The position numbers and the translations under genes are program-made. This document shows positions 45,509 to 48,344 of a stretch of 48,344 nt of DNA, in pieces. Each line of letters opens with the position of its first letter. Position 1 is the stretch's first letter. This stretch comes from Candidatus Collierbacteria bacterium GW2011_GWB1_44_6 (GTDB taxonomy: Bacteria; Patescibacteriota; Microgenomatia; UBA1400; MFAQ01). Location of the stretch: positions 1 to 48,344 of the forward strand of contig LCJG01000001.1 of the NCBI GenBank assembly GCA_000998025.1. Direction: 5' to 3'. Under the pieces are notes generated by a model. It saw only the letters and a program-made list of their open reading frames with translations, had not been told where the DNA came from and ran no database searches.

Positions 45509-46609
45509 ATGCCCAATCAAATTAAATGTCCAAAATGCGGTGAAGAGTTCGAAATCTCCGAAGCTCTTAGTCACAATATCAGAGAAGAAGTTGAAAAAGA
45601 CCTTACCACGAAAATTCAAAAAGAACTTGAGGAAAAATACCGTCTTCAGTCGGACGACAAGCTCAAACTTATAGAAGCGGAGCTCAAATTTAAGAACGAA
45701 AAGCTTGAAGAGTCACGCCAAGAGTCCCTCAAGCTCCACCAAGAAAAATTAAGACTCGAAGACGAAAAAAAATCTTTTGAGCTGGATAAACAAAAACAAC
45801 TTGATATAGAAAGAGAGAAAATTAGACAACAGACGCTTCTCGAAGCCAGTGACGCCCACCGCCTGAAAGATTTAGAAAAGGAAAAAATGATCAATGATCT
45901 CAAAAAATCGCTCGAAGATGCTCAGCGAAAAGCGTCACAGAGTTCTCAACAATTACAGGGAGAAGTCCAGGAGTTGGATCTGGAAGAATATCTACACTCC
46001 ACCTTTCCTCATGATGAGATTAACCCCGTGGGAAAAGGAGTCAGAGGAGCGGACATTAGTCAAGTGGTTCGGACCAGTTTGGGGACTACCTGCGGCATCA
46101 TTCTCTGGGAATCAAAAAGAACCAAAGCTTGGGTGGATGACTGGGCAGTCAAGCTAAAAGACGATCTGCGCGCGTCCAAGGCCAATGTCCCTGTTATCGT
46201 CACCTCAGTTCTTCCCAAGGAAATAAAATCAGGCTTCGGCTTCTACATGGGGGTTTGGATCACCGAACCAAAATATATTCAGCCACTAGTGGAAATTCTT
46301 CGTAAAAATCTCATTGACATCGCCAGGGAAAAACACAACGGTCAGGACCGCGGCACCAAGGCAGACATGATCTACTCCTACCTGACGAGTGACTCTTTTG
46401 TCCAGCAGATCCAGAGTATTATCGAAGTCCACCAAAACATGCAGCTCCAAATCCAGAAAGAAAGAACAGCCTTCGAAAAAATCTGGAAAGAAAGGGAAGC
46501 TCAGGCAGCCAGAATTATTACCAGCACGGCCGGCATCTATGGCAGTATCCAAGGAGTAGCCGGTCAGTCCCTTCCTCCTGTCAAAGGCCTCGACCTCCTC
46601 GAAGCATAG
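45509..46609 (+). CDS. DUF2130-family protein
   Basis: Start ATG 45509; IKCPKCG, long coiled coil, QGEVQE, GAD..Q.V, ILWESKRTK.W. Confidence 0.85.
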   Translation: MPNQIKCPKCGEEFEISEALSHNIREEVEKDLTTKIQKELEEKYRLQSDDKLKLIEAELKFKNEKLEESRQESLKLHQEKLRLEDEKKSFELDKQKQLDIEREKIRQQTLLEASDAHRLKDLEKEKMINDLKKSLEDAQRKASQSSQQLQGEVQELDLEEYLHSTFPHDEINPVGKGVRGADISQVVRTSLGTTCGIILWESKRTKAWVDDWAVKLKDDLRASKANVPVIVTSVLPKEIKSGFGFYMGVWITEPKYIQPLVEILRKNLIDIAREKHNGQDRGTKADMIYSYLTSDSFVQQIQSIIEVHQNMQLQIQKERTAFEKIWKEREAQAARIITSTAGIYGSIQGVAGQSLPPVKGLDLLEA

Positions 46610-46621
46610 ACCTTATTAGTC

Positions 46622-47968
46622 TCATATTTCGAGTAGGGCAACCGCGTTGGTTGAGCCTTCTTTGTAGTAGTTTTGACCGTGAACAACAATGATGGTATCT
46701 CCTTTTTGCAGTCTTCCGGAAGCGATTAGTTCGTCTGTGGTTTTGTTCGGTAACTTGAACACTCCTTCATTCAAGTTGGATATATGTCCTTCTACGCCAT
46801 ATGACAGTGTCAATTCTTCAACTACTTTTTGGTCTGAGGTTACAGAAACAATTGGTACATGCGGCCTTAGTCTCGATATGGATCTGGCCGTCTTACCGGA
46901 GCTCGTAAAAACCAGAATTAATTTTATCTCGACAAATTTTTGATTTAGCAGTTCTTTGGTTGCGTTGACCACGATATCTGTTTGACTTGACATGGCTTGC
47001 ACTGCTTTCACTGGATATTTCCCACTGGCTGTTTCACCGGAAAGCATTACCGCGTCTGTTCCATCCAACACAGCGTTGGCTACGTCCGTGGCTTCAGCTC
47101 TTGTTGGTCTTGGACTGCCGGTCATCGACTGTAGCATTTGTGTCGCCGTAATCACCGGCTTGTTGGCCTCTCTGCACTTGGCGATAATAATTTTTTGCCA
47201 ATAGGCGAGCTGCTCTATAGGGACTTCTACACCCAGGTCGCCTCTAGCCACCATTATTGCGTCAGAAGACTCTATTAGTTCGTCAAGGTGCTTGAGGGCC
47301 TGCATGCTCTCGATCTTCGCCACTATCATTGCCCGGAATTTTCTTTTTTCCATCTCCTCCCTCAATAGTTCAATATCTTTTTTCGTTCTACTAAATGACA
47401 AAGCGACAAAGTCCACTCGGTTTGTCGAAGCCAAGTCCAGTTTTTTCAAATCTTCTTGGATTAGGGAAGGTAGATCTATTGCGACTCCTGGTAGATTAAC
47501 TCCTTTTCGGTGACCGATTTCACCGTCATCCAGAGCTTTCGCCTCGATCAGATCATTGCTTACATTTTCAACTCTTAATTCCACCGCCCCATCATCGATC
47601 AATATTTGGTCCCCTTTGGCCAAAGCTTTGAATATTAGTTCGTGCGGTATGCATATCGATGATTCTCCTTGTGTAAATGACGGGCTAAACCTGACAATCT
47701 CTCCACTTTTAACTCTGACGGGCAGCTTGTCATACGTCTCAAGACGTATCTCGGGACCCTGTAAATCCATGAGTATCCCAATATTCTTTCCCATTTTATC
47801 GGCAATTTTCTGGACACGCTTAATTCTTTCCTCGTGCCACTGCGAGGTACCATGTTTTGTATTAAAGCGGAAGACGTTCACCCCTGACTCTATCAGCCGT
47901 TCTATTGTTTCCTCTGAGTCGCTTGCCGGACCCAGTGTCGCCACTATTTTTGTTAATTTGGAAGTCAT
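46622..47968 (-). CDS. pyk: Pyruvate kinase
   Basis: TKIVATLGPAS, DLQGPEIR, AKIE, MVARGDLGVE, ATQML.SM, PTRAE.TDVANA, LSGETA. Confidence 0.96.
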   Translation of the reverse strand: MTSKLTKIVATLGPASDSEETIERLIESGVNVFRFNTKHGTSQWHEERIKRVQKIADKMGKNIGILMDLQGPEIRLETYDKLPVRVKSGEIVRFSPSFTQGESSICIPHELIFKALAKGDQILIDDGAVELRVENVSNDLIEAKALDDGEIGHRKGVNLPGVAIDLPSLIQEDLKKLDLASTNRVDFVALSFSRTKKDIELLREEMEKRKFRAMIVAKIESMQALKHLDELIESSDAIMVARGDLGVEVPIEQLAYWQKIIIAKCREANKPVITATQMLQSMTGSPRPTRAEATDVANAVLDGTDAVMLSGETASGKYPVKAVQAMSSQTDIVVNATKELLNQKFVEIKLILVFTSSGKTARSISRLRPHVPIVSVTSDQKVVEELTLSYGVEGHISNLNEGVFKLPNKTTDELIASGRLQKGDTIIVVHGQNYYKEGSTNAVALLEI

Positions 47969-47991
47969 ATACCTATGGTAACATGGGTCTC

Positions 47992-48344
47992 ATGTATTAC
48001 AAGAAATCCAGAGGTGTCTTCGACCCAAAATCCAAGGAACCCTATAAAATCAGCCGTTCAAAAATAGATCTGTTTATCCAGTGCCCAAGATGTTTCTATA
48101 TGGATGTCCGCCTTGGCCTTTCGCGCCCCTCCACCCCTCCGTACACTCTTAACTCAGCGGTTGATAACCTATTAAAAAATGAGTTTGATTTGCTACGTAA
48201 GAAAGGGGAGAAGCATGAATTAATGGAAAAATACGCCATTGATGCTGTACCTTTTAGTCACCCGGACTTACCACAATGGAGAGGAGAGGTCACGGCATAC
48301 GAAGGTGCCTTGGTGGTCGACGAGAAATCAAATTTATTGATAAA
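47992..48344 (+). CDS. PD-(D/E)XK nuclease family protein, 5' part (runs off window)
   Basis: Not in ORF track. Open from ATG 47992: ...ISRSKIDLFIQCPRCFY...LNSAVDNLLKNEFD. Confidence 0.8.
   Translation, partial: MYYKKSRGVFDPKSKEPYKISRSKIDLFIQCPRCFYMDVRLGLSRPSTPPYTLNSAVDNLLKNEFDLLRKKGEKHELMEKYAIDAVPFSHPDLPQWRGEVTAYEGALVVDEKSNLLI

Noticed and set aside
518..47981. Many 60-170 aa ORFs antisense or out of frame within recognised genes (e.g. 10708-11220, 12062-12472, 22680-23114, 47556-47981)
   Set aside because: Shadow ORFs with no motifs or start signals

Overview
Gene-dense chromosomal window, genetic code 11, from a small-genome bacterium. Gene content and protein style suggest Patescibacteria/CPR, probably Microgenomates (inference). 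In order: accessory secreted/membrane ORFans; a reduced dcw cluster (mraZ-rsmH-ftsL-ftsI-dgkA-mraY-ftsW-murG-ftsQ-like-ftsA-ftsZ, no Mur ligases); three SD-led ORFans, two pilin-like; a small gene plus Y-family polymerase behind a LexA-type direct repeat; cupin and VanW genes; an unannotated ~260-nt minus-strand unit with promoter, terminator and a perfect four-way-junction fold (best novel candidate); ileS (type 2, GVHH motif)-rodA; rplU-Trm11-like-rpmA-parB; lepB; tRNA-Val(CAC); a secreted LCAT/PGAP1-like hydrolase; an ~11 kb glycan locus with a B12 radical SAM enzyme; tRNA-Gly(CCC); an M48 peptidase-Pif1 helicase pair; MFS, PAP2, two PD-(D/E)XK nucleases, CAP, HPF, ferredoxin, DUF2130 and a pyruvate kinase with an apparent internal deletion. 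Many genes look leaderless (-10 hexamer 6-8 nt before the start codon), and short palindromic repeats sit in frame inside ftsZ and a glycosyltransferase. No rRNA, CRISPR array, integrase or transposase was seen. All family assignments are by eye from motifs, not database searches.
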